From assembly GCA_012026655.1 (NCBI GenBank), contig JAAILG010000353.1, positions 1 through 64,000 on the forward strand: 64,000 nt of DNA, given 5' to 3'. The first letter of the stretch is position 1; each line of letters opens with the position of its first letter. The DNA comes from Hydrolagus affinis. Taxonomy: Eukaryota. The position numbers were made by a program, and so were the translations under genes. The notes under the pieces are model-generated. The model searched no databases. It saw nothing but the letters and a program-made list of their open reading frames with translations, and was not told where the DNA came from. This document shows, one piece after another, positions 50,575 through 62,615 of the stretch.

Positions 50575-52249
50575 ACGCTGATTTTGAAGCAAATGGTGTA
50601 AATGAAAATGGAGAATTCGCCAACGGTTGGCTTTGTGGTCACAGAGCAAGTAGTGTAACTCATTAGCAGCTCGTCTAGTATGAATAGCTGTCCAATGAAA
50701 ACTCAATAAGCTTGACAAATAGTACTTAGATAATTGCTATGCATTAGGGTTATGCTTGGGTTAGAAATCCAATATAACAACAGTGAATGGGAAGCAATTT
50801 GTCAAATTATATTGGAATTTTATGCTGGCGTCCAACCGTTCAATAAAGTGCTTTGAGATGTTTCGGCAACTTGGTAAGGTGCTATGCCCAATGCCGGGAC
50901 TATTATTGTTATTTGTACAATTAGCATTGAATCTTAATATTTCAGTAGGTGATCCAATGCTAAAGTGAGACCTCTTTCCAAGATATCACAATACAACAAC
51001 AAAAACAACCACAACAATTGTGCACCACAAGAACACTTGGGTATATGTGTACCAGTTAACAGCAAATAACCATATGAATTTATTTGTTGTACAATTGAAG
51101 CAAGAGTGTTGTTTCCTGTGAAATTGTCATGATGTTTGATGCACCAATGCCTTTATAGTGACTAAACAAACATGAAGGTTATGCGAATTTCCAATGAACA
51201 TAAACAAAACTATAGCCTTGCGCCACAATGCTGAATAACGGTTATTGCCAAATGTTTTGTCTGTCAAATAGCTTAAAAAATTAGCAATTCTGTTTTGGGT
51301 AATTGCGTTTCACCATATAAACCAAAACAAATGGTCTATGAATGGCTGTGAATTCACTTTTTTTTTTTAAAAACACAGGAAATGCAACGGCTGAAAGTAG
51401 AATAGTTAATTAAGTTATTCGCAAATTAAAAGCAACATTGCTGAGTACAACACAGGCACTGCTCAAACCATGCCCTCAATGTGTTGACGATATTTCGCAG
51501 AAGCAGAAATGGACAAGATTAGATTCCCATTCATTTCAATGGTGAATAGCTAAATTGAAAGCAGTACTCCAGGCATTACAAACCCACAATGTGTCTGCCA
51601 TTGATGGCAAACGTTTACAGTAAATCATATTGAAAGATCAGGCATTAGCTCTCGTAGTTTAAAATTTGCAATGCGGTATTCATTTTGCGGAAATTAAGTT
51701 AAATTGTTTTCTCTCCTGAAGTCAGTAAGATTACAGCAGTCCTGGGCACCACAGTACCAATATTGTAAGATAAACACAGATAAACTGTTCTTCCAATTAT
51801 CATGAAGGTTCCAATAAACTATTTCACTCCTGACAAAAATATTCATCATTTCTGCTTTAAAACTTTTTTAAACAATCAAATATTTCATTTCTTCTCCACA
51901 GAATGATGGTTTGGAACTAAAGAATTCCTGTGAATTTCGAGAATCAGAGTTCAGACCCATGATCCAGACTGGATAACAACATCTCCTCCTTACCTATGAA
52001 AAATTATTTGTTATAGGATATGCATTCCATGATACTGTAACTTGAAGAATGCAATTCAATTTCCATCATTAAATTCTCACACATTTAGCAAAGACTTGCC
52101 AAATATAGACAAGTAGAAGTCTAACAGAAATCTAAATAGGTTTGTTTAGCAATGTTTGGAAATGAAGTTATATACTGTACAAAGTAATATTTTGTTTCCT
52201 ATTATCCTAAGGCTTGGTGAGTGCTTTGTACGAACACAGGGAAGAGCAT

Positions 52250-52315
52250 TTTCATAGAGTGATATGGTTTGGAAACAGGACATTTGGCCCAACATGTCCA
52301 TTCCACTGAGTGTAT
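52250..52315 (-). mobile_element. Possible CR1-type 3' terminus
   Basis: catagagtgatatggtttggaaacaggacatttggcccaac resembles a reversed CR1 tail. Confidence 0.45.
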
Positions 52316-52483
52316 TCCATACACTTCCCTGCCCTCCCCACCCCTCCTATTCTCCTCCATTCCTTGAATGACTAATTTGTAAGTGAAAGTGATTCGTATC
52401 TAAAACAAAACGGTTACTTCAGAGAAAAATCACAGAAAGAAAATTCCAGTATAAGCTCAGTTAACAATACACGAATTACATTT

Positions 52484-52550
52484 TAATAATAATAATTTAA
52501 GTTATTAATACTGCATTTGATATTGCGCCTTATCACATATTTTTGCGATG
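52484..52550 (-). mobile_element. SINE tail fragment
   Basis: tgcatttgatattgcgccttatcacat. Confidence 0.65.
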
Positions 52551-54099
52551 TCTGAACAACCAAGCACCCGCAATTTCCTGAGTTACAACTATTGAGAGCT
52601 TTAACAAAGTAATTGTTTTGGGGGAAACAAACAAAACTGTGGGGTCTTTGGAATGAGAGTGCCCTCTGAGCTGTGCAGGGATATCTACACACTGGTCATG
52701 CTGGAGTTGAGATGTTACAATTTCAGCATGATTAACAAGTAGAAAATGAATGTCTCGATAATTAATGACCCCATAAGAAACAAACGCATTGGCAATCCAG
52801 CTGTGCTCATCATCAGCAATATTTGGCTCCAGAACACAACCCTCCGCGATGCTAGTGGAATACAAAAAAAATTTATGCCATTTCTCCAGCTGTTGGTTAA
52901 TGGCTCTCTGGAAATAACCGAGTCTGCAATCCCTCCGGAACAACACATTAGTGAAAAGCTTTAGACACAGGGAGTCGCAACAGCCTAGCTAAAGCCTGCG
53001 AAATCACAACCAGGTGACTTGAAAGAAAAAGTGGCCACGAAAGAGAAACGACGTCCGATTCAGTCGTTGCACCTCCATCAGGCCCTTCAATGACATCTTC
53101 CCAAGAGCTGCCCAGACCTCCGGTTTCCCATCTCAAAGGATGATGACAGCCACAAGAGGAGCAAAATGCCATGTTTGCCGGGTTAAGCAATGAGTTCATA
53201 TCCACTCAGCACCAACTCTGAACAATAACATAGGCTCCGCTGGCTACATTCCCCGACTGATCGGAAATGCCAAATTCCCTTTAGTTGGCTCAATCTTCTC
53301 ACCTGATGATGTAACTCTGGGTGCTTTGGCGGCCAGAGCTGCAAACCTTGTTTCGAACTACAGTAATAACTGCTCTTCACAAACAGGCAACTGTTTTGTG
53401 GCGTGCAGCACGACTGGCAGTGGGGAGCTGGTCATCATCATCATTCCCAATATTGAAAACATTAGCTAACAACTTAAAATTGCTCCTTTAGCCCACAACC
53501 ATTTAAATAGCGAAGGACAAATACCATAGTTTATAATTGTATGATTAGAGGTGACTATTGCAGAATATTTTCCAAGTGACCCTCAAGCCTTGTAATAAGG
53601 ATCGGAACTGTTTTCTCAATACGTGCATGGCTATTTTGGGTTACCTCATGGTTTACAATTTGCTAAATTGGTGTTTTACTTCTTACGCTGTTTGTCTAGC
53701 TTTTCTGAGTGATTGTGCAATGTCAGTGTTATATTAACAGTTAAGGAAGCTATGATTGATTTTTTTTGACATATGGGACTGGAGTTAATGAAGAGAAGTG
53801 CCAATAAATTATGGCTTTCATTTACAAAGCTATAAAGATTGCTGCACTGAGATGTCTGAACAAAGACCAGTTTAGACTTAGATTATTTTCCAGCTCATGT
53901 TTATAACTTTACCTTTGCTCCAGATAAATTAGGGGAAAAAATATACTCATTGTAAAGGACATAAAATTGGGAAGCATCAATAAAGGATATATTTTGGGAA
54001 TTGCATATCTTTTAATGACACATGATTGTTTTTCTTCACTCTGACGGTATACATTAAAAAAAAATTAATTATTATATGATCTCTTTCAAAATGTCAAAT

Positions 54100-54220
54100 A
54101 CCAGGATCTTTACAATTCACCCGAACAGACAGTCGAGACCTCAGTTTAACGTTAAACTGCATCTCCAACAATGCAGCACTGCACTGGAGTGTGAGCGTAG
54201 ATGATGCGAATTCCAAGTCC
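54100..54220 (-). mobile_element. Old Deu SINE fragment
   Basis: ggatctttacaattcacccgaacagacag...cctcagtttaacg...caatgcagcactgcactggagtgt. Confidence 0.7.
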
Positions 54221-55112
54221 CAAAGCCATCATCATACAGCACATTTAATATACTTGGTGTCTGACAGGAAGAGTTCCAAACACATTTGATAAACAGCTAG
54301 TTTTCTAGCTGCTGTGTTTGGAGATAAGTTTACAGAATCCTGAGGGATGGTTAATTATTGCTAGATCGGTAGGTAGCCATGGGAAGCACGGATTCATGTT
54401 TAACCTTTCGCCGGTTCTCTGGTGAATGTCTTTCAGCATAAAGATACTCAAAGCTTTACGCTGGCATCCACTTCCTCGCTGTACACAGAGAAAGCGAATT
54501 AAATCGGATTTGAGCTTTCACACATGACTAGTAGTTCATTCATTTGAAAAAAAATCATTCAATACAGTACAGCCGCTTCTCTTTCAGTGGTTCAATAAAT
54601 TAAACATCCATTAAATGGCCAGTAAGGTGATACAGGAGTCTCAACTGTACAATTCCAATTTACAACAGGCTTCATTTAGCAATAATGCTACATTTTAGCC
54701 CTCTGTGCTGTCAGTTAGTCTCACTATTTTAATATTTCAATCCGCTAACAGTACTAAATTGTATCTAAATTTTCATTAAGCATGATATGGTCAGTTATTA
54801 GGTGAATGAAAATCGACAGCCAAATGCAACCAAGCCCTTGGCCATTCATCCAATTCAGATTATATTTCAAGTGAACAAAGGACCCTGTGTAGAATGCATC
54901 AATTGTTTTATATTCCAATCTGGTAGATTCCATGTCTGGTAGGGAAATTTGGACTCATCTTAAAACTCATTATTTATAGAAAATGTAGCTGAATTTACAT
55001 AAATACTCCACACGTAAATGTATAACCCATAATGCATTATGCAGAATACTTGGTGTTAAATACACTCAGTACCTCATTAACCAGTAACCAAATATTACTT
55101 GATACGTGGCTG

Positions 55113-55190
55113 AAATAATAATAATTCTTCCATTTGATGCAATGCCTTAACACGTCCTTGAGACGCCTCAAAGCACTTTACAGTATATAT
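55113..55190 (-). mobile_element. SINE tail fragment
   Basis: ataataataattcttccatttgatgcaatgcc...cacgtccttgagacgcctcaaagcactttacag. Confidence 0.7.
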
Positions 55191-57057
55191 AATTTATAAT
55201 GGAAATGTATCATTTATCATATACACATCTGAAAGAAAATCAACCGTAAATTTGTCATTTTTTAATTTGGGAGTTGGTATCATGCAGAGGATGAAACATC
55301 TCAAAGTTTATCGAGGCCATGCAAATACTTCTGGTATTGCATTGCTAGCAAATTCATGCAGGAAAGTAGGTTAGCACACCATCTGCTTATTTATCATTCA
55401 TTTAACGTGCTCTAAAATACAAAGAGCTAAATAACTGGAGAAGCTAAAACGCAACCATCTAATCTAGAAGTTTTGCGGAAACTTCTAGCCTCTTTCTGTA
55501 CTGTATTATTTTACGATTCAAAAAAGATAGAAATCGCGAAATTCGAACTATTCAGGAATGTCATCTGACTCAAAATTAGATTACAACCCTGAAAGGACTC
55601 CCTTTTTAATTGTTACTGTTGCAAGTAGGCTCTGCACTCGCCTCTTCTATCCATGTTGTCTGTTGGTCTTTCCAATATGGGTGTCATAGCTGGACATTAC
55701 TTGATGACCCCAATCGTTGACCATGTTATTTTATGAAGGGGCCCCTGATCTCACCATATTTTTGGTGGTGCAGTACTTTCTGTCCTTTTCAACCTGCCAA
55801 AAATAAATTCTGTAGAACGTACAGTATTTAACCTCCTGCGAACGGTTAGAAATATTGCTGACGTTAATGTTGCAGATTTACAAAGCAAACCGGATTTTAA
55901 AACTCAGCATTAGCAAATCAGAACTCTTCCCACTGGCCGAATTTTGTTCCTCAGCCAAGAAATGGCTAAAAGCGTCTGTTCCTAGTTTATTAAATCCCAG
56001 CAATTTAATTTATTTCAAGCAAATTTGATATCACATCACGCAATCATACTTACAAACTGCAAGTTTCAATTTGCACAGCCAATACCACTTTTAGACCCCA
56101 ATGGGTGAAATTGCAAAGTAGGTATCCAGAATAGTTCCATATCAAGTTGTCTGAGAATGTTTTTTGTATCCAGTTCATTTTCTCTGCACAACCCCGTTGA
56201 ATTTAATCCCAAGATCTGTGCAGTTGTGGACATCTAGACCTTGAACCTTTCATTATAATGATTACTGAAACATCCGCACATCCCTGCTTTTCATCAAGAG
56301 AGACAAATCAAATTTAAAGTCTATTGAATTTGAATAAAAATGCCAAAAAGCAAAAGCTGCTCTAATTCATACTCACAAGGGATCTCTGACTGCAGATAAT
56401 GTCCTAATTAACAAGCCTTACTTGGAGGCACAGTTCCTTAATGTGCCCTAAATAACTGAATCACTGCGCACAGCACTCAAGTATTCATAAAATGCTATTA
56501 ATAACAAAAATTCAAAATATGCTTTTTATGTTCTTCTCTTTTACAGTCATAAAGAGTAGCATTTACAGTTATGCATTAAAGAGGTTGCTTTCAACATGAT
56601 TTCAATGCTGCAAACATAAGCTGTGCCTGTGTCAATTAGAAGTGCGTTTCCTGGTGGTGAATTCCGAGGCTGGCCCGTATGATTTATAAATGCTAGGTTT
56701 CAAGGCTGAAACATTAATGGCTCATAGACTGAGAAAATAAATTATTTAAATTCCGCCTTGCTTGGAACTGTGAACATTAGTGTTAATGCTTGGCTAGCAA
56801 AATGCCCTTTTTATTTTGTGCTGTTTTGTGAAACTGTAAGCAGCGCAGAATTTCTGATGATCTGCTGTAAAGTCGGATACTGATCCTCGGAACAGTAGAC
56901 CTGGAAGGAATGAGTCCAGTTACATAATACAGAATTAAATCCGCATTTAAGTCATTTGCTTATAAAATATGCAGTTACTGTACTTCACAATAAAACTGTA
57001 TTCACTGTGATGATGGAAAGCGCTTTGAGACATCTTCCTGATGTGAACGGTGCTTAT

Positions 57058-57478
57058 ATTAATAATCATTGCATTTGTACTTTATCATGTTTTTGAAGCA
57101 CTTCACAGAATGTACTATAAACTGAATTGACTGTATATTTTGTGAGCGAAACACAGCACCCAATTGTTCACAGCAGTGTCCCACAAACAATCGTGGAGTG
57201 AGTGACCAATTTTGTTTTAAAAAGGAATTATTACCCCCAGCAAAGCGATCCGCCAATTCACTAATGACAGATTTAGTCATTTTATCAGTTTACAGTCCAA
57301 AATGTATCAATCACTTGTTCCGTGGCTTTCAGTTATTTCAATAAAGAACTCACTGCTAGGTAAAGAGAAGCGAGTGGCGAAAGGAAACTTGCCCAACATT
57401 TCACCCTGCCCCGGAATCAAACCTTTAGCCAGTCTCTCACTTGGAAGGCAAGTGCTCTAACCACTGAGCCACAGCAGC
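57058..57478 (-). mobile_element. Longer, older variant of the tRNA SINE carrying an 82-bp foreign insert
   Basis: Head gtgctctaaccactgagccacag (57452-57474), ggaaacttgcccaa box, body cagtgtcccacaaaca, tail tgcatttg. Insert at 57268-57349. Confidence 0.82.
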
Positions 57479-58192
57479 TGCGAGGATTATACAGTATTTA
57501 TTGTTTAATTAATTAAATGGTCAGGTAAGTTTATAAGATTGACGTGTTAATAAGACGCCAACTATCTGTCAGCTGGATTTCCCCAAGCCAAGCTACCGGA
57601 ACAAATATTGTCCCACAACATGGAGGTTCAGTAAGCGCTGGAAAGCTTTGTATAATGGTATCCACAACCCACGTTTGAAGCAAAATAATACCACTTTAAT
57701 TAAATATCTGTTCCTGAGATGGGTGTGCTTATCTTTCTGAATCCTTCTCTGGCCAAATTTGCGAATTCTCACTGCACATTATACGCAATTACTTACAGTC
57801 GATTCTTTCATTTCCACATTCTTTCCGTTACCTTTCATTCCCGTTTGCTTTGCTTTTCAAGACCAGGACAGCTGGTCTTTCCTTTGTTAATGCACTTTGT
57901 CTGACGCATATTTCACATGCAGCTCAATCAACTGGCTCTTGAAATCCAGAAATGTTGTGGCAAACAAAATAAAATTCTAAAAGCATGCAATTGCATGAAG
58001 ATTGATGATTTTGCTATTCATTGAGAGCTATTAGTTATGCAGTGAACACTACTTAAGTAATTACCGGATAAGTGAATATTTCTGTAGAGTGAAAGAGATT
58101 AAAAATCCCATCATAATTCCAAACGGCACTCATTCCGTTCACTGTTTTGAACAGAAGAAAACAATCTAAATTTACTGTGGTTCATACATTTC

Positions 58193-58274
58193 CAGATTTA
58201 GTCATTTTATCAGTTTGCAGTTCAAAATGTATCAGTCACTTGTTCCGTGGCTTTCAGTTATTTCAATAAAGAAC
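58193..58274 (+). repeat. 82-bp direct repeat (partner at 57268-57349)
   Basis: cagatttagtcattttatcagttt...gttccgtggctttcagttatttcaataaagaac, 3 mismatches between copies. Confidence 0.95.
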
Positions 58275-58514
58275 CAAAGCAATAACACTATGACAGCAGT
58301 TAACAGTATGAAAGCCATAACAGTATGAAAAATATTATATGAACAGAAGCCATCCACAAAAGTGAAAGCTCTAGTGAAAGCTAGAAACCACAATGTAATC
58401 TATTTCAGTCTAAATTCCTTGTAAGTGAATACTAAACAAATGGACCTAAAACCTGCTACTGCCCAATGAAGACTGCATAAATCAACATATAGAAGATAGT
58501 CTAATGATCACATG

Positions 58515-58635
58515 TAATGTGCTTCACAGAATACATTGTAAAGTGAAGTGACTGTGTTATTGTTTGTGGGTGGAACGCCAATTGTGCATGGCAGTGTCCC
58601 ACAAACAGTCGTGGATTGAGTGACTACAAATTTGT
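58515..58635 (-). mobile_element. SINE body fragment
   Basis: gtgcttcacagaatacattgtaaagtgaa...ccaattgtgcatggcagtgtcccacaaacagtcgtggattga. Confidence 0.85.
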
Positions 58636-58796
58636 TTCTTGGACTAACAAGGATTGTACTGTATGTATATTTTAAAAATGAAATGTTGAGCATAAAGCAC
58701 CCGTTAATTGTTAAATTTCACATGGCTGTTGAGTCCTGCTCTTCAGTCTTAGTTTAGATCTTTGCTGCTTCCTCTGACACCACGGTTCATCCCAAC

Positions 58797-59124
58797 TCGT
58801 GGAGTCCTGTAGCTCAGTGGTTAGAGCCACTCGCCTTGCAAGCGAGAGACCTGGATTCGATTCCCATCTATGGAAAACCTTGGGCAAAACTTCCTGACTC
58901 CACATGCCTGATAATAATCCCTCAAAACAATAATCATAAATTGGTCACTTCGATCCACGACTATTTGTGGGACACTAATACGCACAATTGGCTGCCAAGT
59001 TTTGCACACAAAATATGCAGTCAATTCACTTTACAGTATATTCTGTGAAGTGCTTTGAGACATCTAGAAGCCATGGAAAGCTCTATATCAAATGCAAGGA
59101 TTATTATTATTATTATTATTATTA
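58797..59124 (+). mobile_element. Full-length tRNA-derived SINE with a long (TTA)n tail
   Basis: A box 58810-58820, anticodon-like hairpin ctcgc-cttgcaa-gcgag, B-box-like gattcgattcc, ccttgggcaa box, Deu part and tail. Confidence 0.92.
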
Positions 59125-59949
59125 CTGTAACCAATGTTTCCGAAGCTGGGCCACAGTTACATTGACTTGTGTTTTGGCTGTGCCAATTAAGTCTGCGGCT
59201 GATTTACTCGCTGTGTAGGAAATCTTTCTTATCTTCCCATAAATTACCATATCCAAAGAATAAATCAATGCAGTCAGAGCCTGGTTGGGAAAACTAGTTT
59301 GACTAATTGTTATGATACAATACACAATAAAGTGCCCCTCGTGTCAGAGCGCTCAACACTCCTGGCTGGGGGTGGGGAAGAGGAGTGACCTACCAATTAT
59401 TATTCAGTTCTGTGTTTAAAATAGATATGGTACTTGGTTAGTTTACATTCATAGGCTTGAAAACCCTCTCAAAACTAGAACACGCGTCAAACTCTGGCAG
59501 CCACCTTCATCACCCGTAACATTAGGTCAATGTGCCATTTTACTGATGTCTTCATTATTTTCCGTTTCTGCCTCAATCAGGCACAATTGACTTCATAGAA
59601 TTGCAGTCGTTCAACTTCCGTCTTAGCCAATTAATAATGGAACCAGACAATCCCGGGTCTGTGCCTGCAGTAGGATTTATACTCCACGTCGACCAATAGT
59701 ACTGTAATTGAAAGCAAAGATTCACCGAAAGGTCAGTTAACAGGAATGCAATTTCTTCGAGTCTGGTGTGCAGGATAGCATTTAGTTTTATCTCGCATTC
59801 TAATGAGCCTCCATCCACAATGTTCATTAAAAATATACCTTACAATCTTGGTTATGCTAGTGTACAAAATGTAAATTTCCTACTGAATTAGGAAATTCCT
59901 AATGAATGCATATACAAAATAATACAATGTGTATAATTCGCCTCCTCAG

Positions 59950-60420
59950 GCACTATACTAACAGTCCACTGGATGTGTCCCGGTATTCTGGCCAACAACA
60001 CTCCAAATAATAATACAGTAAAAGCCCGTTTATCCGGCACCCGATCAACTGTAACTTCCATATAACAAGCATCGCAAACAAAAGGTCCGCATTCGATTAA
60101 CCGGAATTTATCCGGAAAAATGCATTGAAATAAATATATATTTTTGTATGTGTTCACGGCCGAATATCCGGCATTGGCCAGGTCCCGATGGTGCCAGATC
60201 AACGGGCTGTTCATGTATGTACGTTCATTCGCTTCATGCCTGTTTGTGGGACATTGCTGTACGTAAATTGGCTGCCGCATTCGCGCACAAAACACACAGT
60301 CACCACATCTTACAGTATGTTCTGGAAAGCACTTTGAAATGGCCACCTGAAAGTGAAAGGATTTCCTGCCGACCTGAAAGGCGCTTTACAAATGTAATTT
60401 TTTTGTTGTTGTTGTATTGA
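59950..60420 (+). mobile_element. Old Deu SINE remnant split by a MITE and followed by an L2 type-B tail
   Basis: cccggtattctggccaac before 60016, tgtttgtgggacattgctgtacgtaaattggctgccgc after 60217, then gacctgaaaggcgctttac...(TTG)n. Confidence 0.7.
60016..60215. mobile_element. 200-bp Tc1/mariner (Tigger/pogo-like) MITE with TA TSD
   Basis: ta|CAGTAAAAGCCCGTTTATCCGGCACC ... GGTGCCAGATCAACGGGCTGTTCATG|ta. 26-bp TIRs, 21/26 matching. Confidence 0.82.
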
Positions 60421-60963
60421 ACATAAGGGTTATTTGTAGTTTATTTATTATGTTCAGTTGGCAGTGATGTTTTCTTGGCAATCATCAGCTGTGACAACAA
60501 CAACAACCACCACAACAACAGAATTAATCCACCCATGTCGTTTTGGCAACGAACTGAAAGGGCCTTCTTCAATTTCACTTCCCTAGTGATTAGTGTTCAT
60601 TTTCCCTGATTCTTTATTAAAAATTGCAAACTTGTGATTTGGAAACCACTGCGAACGCACGCAACCACAGCTGTTTCCATGTTGCCACTGGTGCTTTGGA
60701 ATCCACCCCACAATTAAATGGGTCAGGATCCGAGCACTCCCAGCCTGAGGCTATTCAGAACTGGTTCCATTTGAACCAGTTCCCAACAAGCCTGCGGTGC
60801 GAACATGATATTTTGTTACAGATGCAAGACTGGTCACTTTAAGTGGGCCGGATTTCATAACACGAAAGAATCATCAGCAGCTGAATGAATCGTGGCCAAG
60901 TCTGCAGCGATCACTTCAGTGCTGTACTGCGGATCTCCCAACACTCAACACGTTGCAAACAAC

Positions 60964-61060
60964 TTCACAGAATATAACGTAAAGTTAAGTCACTGTATTT
61001 TGTAGACGAAACGCAGCGACCAATTGCGCACAGCAGTGTCCTACAGTCATGGATTGAGTA
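60964..61060 (-). mobile_element. SINE body fragment
   Basis: cttcacagaatata...ccaattgcgcacagcagtgtcctacagtcatggattga. Confidence 0.8.
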
Positions 61061-61635
61061 ACGCAATTTTAAAAAATATACAATACTGTAATAATATTTT
61101 ATACATGTATATTTCAAGTTAAGTACTGTATATTGCAATTCACGCTTCTGTGACACTGGAATCAATGCAAATGGTTGATTCACTAGGATAACTTGAACGC
61201 TACCCTTAAACATGAAACTAAGTACAAAAAATATATTAATTTCATTGAAAAACATAAAGCTGTGCTCACTGTGTCAATTTTCACTCTTAGTTCTTCCTTT
61301 CTTCTCCTAGTTCTTATATTGCTATTTTCCGTTAAATTTACCCGTCTTCCATCCTTTCCTCAATCTCTTTGCCTTCGGCTACCACCGTCCATTCCGAAAT
61401 GCTGTTTTGTTTTGACAAAATAAAACAAGAATAAAAATAAGGATTGATAAGATCACCTTATAGATCTGAACAGTTCAACCATCATAATCAGTAAAAGTCA
61501 ACCCACAACAACAGCAGCTTATCTGGGATTCCCTGTCAAATAAACCATTTGATTTGGAGTTGTTCCTCTTTTAGATTGTCTTCAGTATTTGTATCATACA
61601 GATAATGTTTTTGTTTGAGGGTAGTAATCAGGGTA

Positions 61636-61935
61636 GCATCTCAGAGCGCTTAACAGTGGCGGAGGTTTTCAGGAGGTCTTGAAAAACGGGTGAGAGGGGG
61701 TAAGGCAGAGGGATTGAGGGGGAGTGTTCCAGGGTTTTGGGGCTCCCGTGGCTGAAAGTGTGACGTCCGATGATGGGGTGGAGGGTGGTGGGGGACGAGC
61801 TTGCCAGTCAAGCAGATTGGGGAGTGAGCAGGTCGGAGAGGCAGCGAGGTGCCAGAGAGTGAAGGAAATTGAACACGAGTGTGAGGATCTGGAAGTTGAT
61901 CCGCTCGATGATGGAGAACCAGTGGAGCCTGGCCA
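61636..61935 (-). mobile_element. L2 LINE 3' end (type A)
   Basis: Minus-strand translation LHWFSIIERINFQILTLVFNFLHSLAPRCLSDLL...APKPWNT...FFKT is typical of L2 ORF2. Tail cctccgccactgttaagcgctctgagatgc. Confidence 0.88.
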
Positions 61936-62542
61936 GAAAAGAAACACTGTGTTCAGTTACTTCCTGGCCTTAGGCTTTCAAACAAAATCAAAGATGTGAA
62001 TTTTGTGGAATCTCTGAACACCATGAATATGTATAATTATTAATGCTTGTATAAAGGTATATTAAAAGCAATTCAAAGCATTCTGGAACACTGCCCCACA
62101 TGAAGATAAATGTACTGTATATAAATGCAAGTTGTAAATAAAAATACTTGATGAGAAGTTGTAATTTGTTGTGTTTGTTATTGCATATGATACTTAGCAT
62201 TAGTTTAAAGCTTAATAATAACAATCCACCATCTGAAATTAATATAAAAATACAATATTGGTACGGAAAGGAGATTCATCAACCAAAAAACAAGCAATCT
62301 TAGGCTTGTTGGGGTGCAGAGTAGAGATGGGGCCCACCCAAACTGGTTTGATGTGATATCATGGCAACAAGCATTTAATAGGTTTGCGTGCCTTCACTAG
62401 TTTTGCCATATCACGATGCAAATTCTCAAAACTACAAGTTTCAACCACCCAGTTGTCAAACTTGTAAGACATCCCATGTTTGCTTGCAAGTTTACAAATC
62501 TTAATCAGTGATTCTTTCTTTTCTGTTCAGCATTGCTCTTCG

Positions 62543-62583
62543 CTGTGTGTTTGTGCGTGCATGCGTGCGTCTGTGTGTCTATC

Positions 62584-62612
<29 letters not shown>
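62543..62612. repeat. Imperfect (GT)n microsatellite
   Basis: Read directly. Confidence 0.9.

Positions 62613-62615
<3 letters not shown>

Noticed and set aside
50448-50666. Protein-like ORF (GDSGGSGIDFDGSF...)
   Set aside because: Coincides with a CR1 3' end homologous to 21020-21163.
12460-50765. Scattered ccctaac/ttaggg motifs (12465, 17350, 18557, 46676, 50745)
   Set aside because: Only one or two degenerate units each. Not interstitial telomeric arrays.
51880-51975. Strong plus-strand acceptor (ttcttctccacag) followed by a 24-codon frame
   Set aside because: No partner exons or recognisable product. Isolated acceptors are common.
52533-53380. Cluster of overlapping ORFs in a slightly GC-richer stretch
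   Set aside because: No recognisable protein, frames interrupted by stops, and no credible acceptor/donor pair.
39288-58385. Short tandem duplications (39288, 45570, 58301, 58361)
   Set aside because: Two-unit slippage duplications of 10-17 bp, an ordinary background feature.
58801-58870. tRNA-Ala(TGC)-like gene (also at 4367, 6230 and 18661)
   Set aside because: No proper acceptor stem, the anticodon loop varies between copies, and each continues into the SINE body. These are SINE heads.
943-59218. Recurrent ORF peptide [30 protein letters not shown] (943, 5920, 18645, 21445, 40805, 49063, 58988 and others) suggesting a gene family
   Set aside because: All are translations of the same non-coding SINE body and tail. 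The poly-Y and poly-I runs come from (TTA)n.
59888-60346. 152-aa minus-strand ORF
   Set aside because: Runs across a MITE and a SINE remnant, with no transposase motifs.
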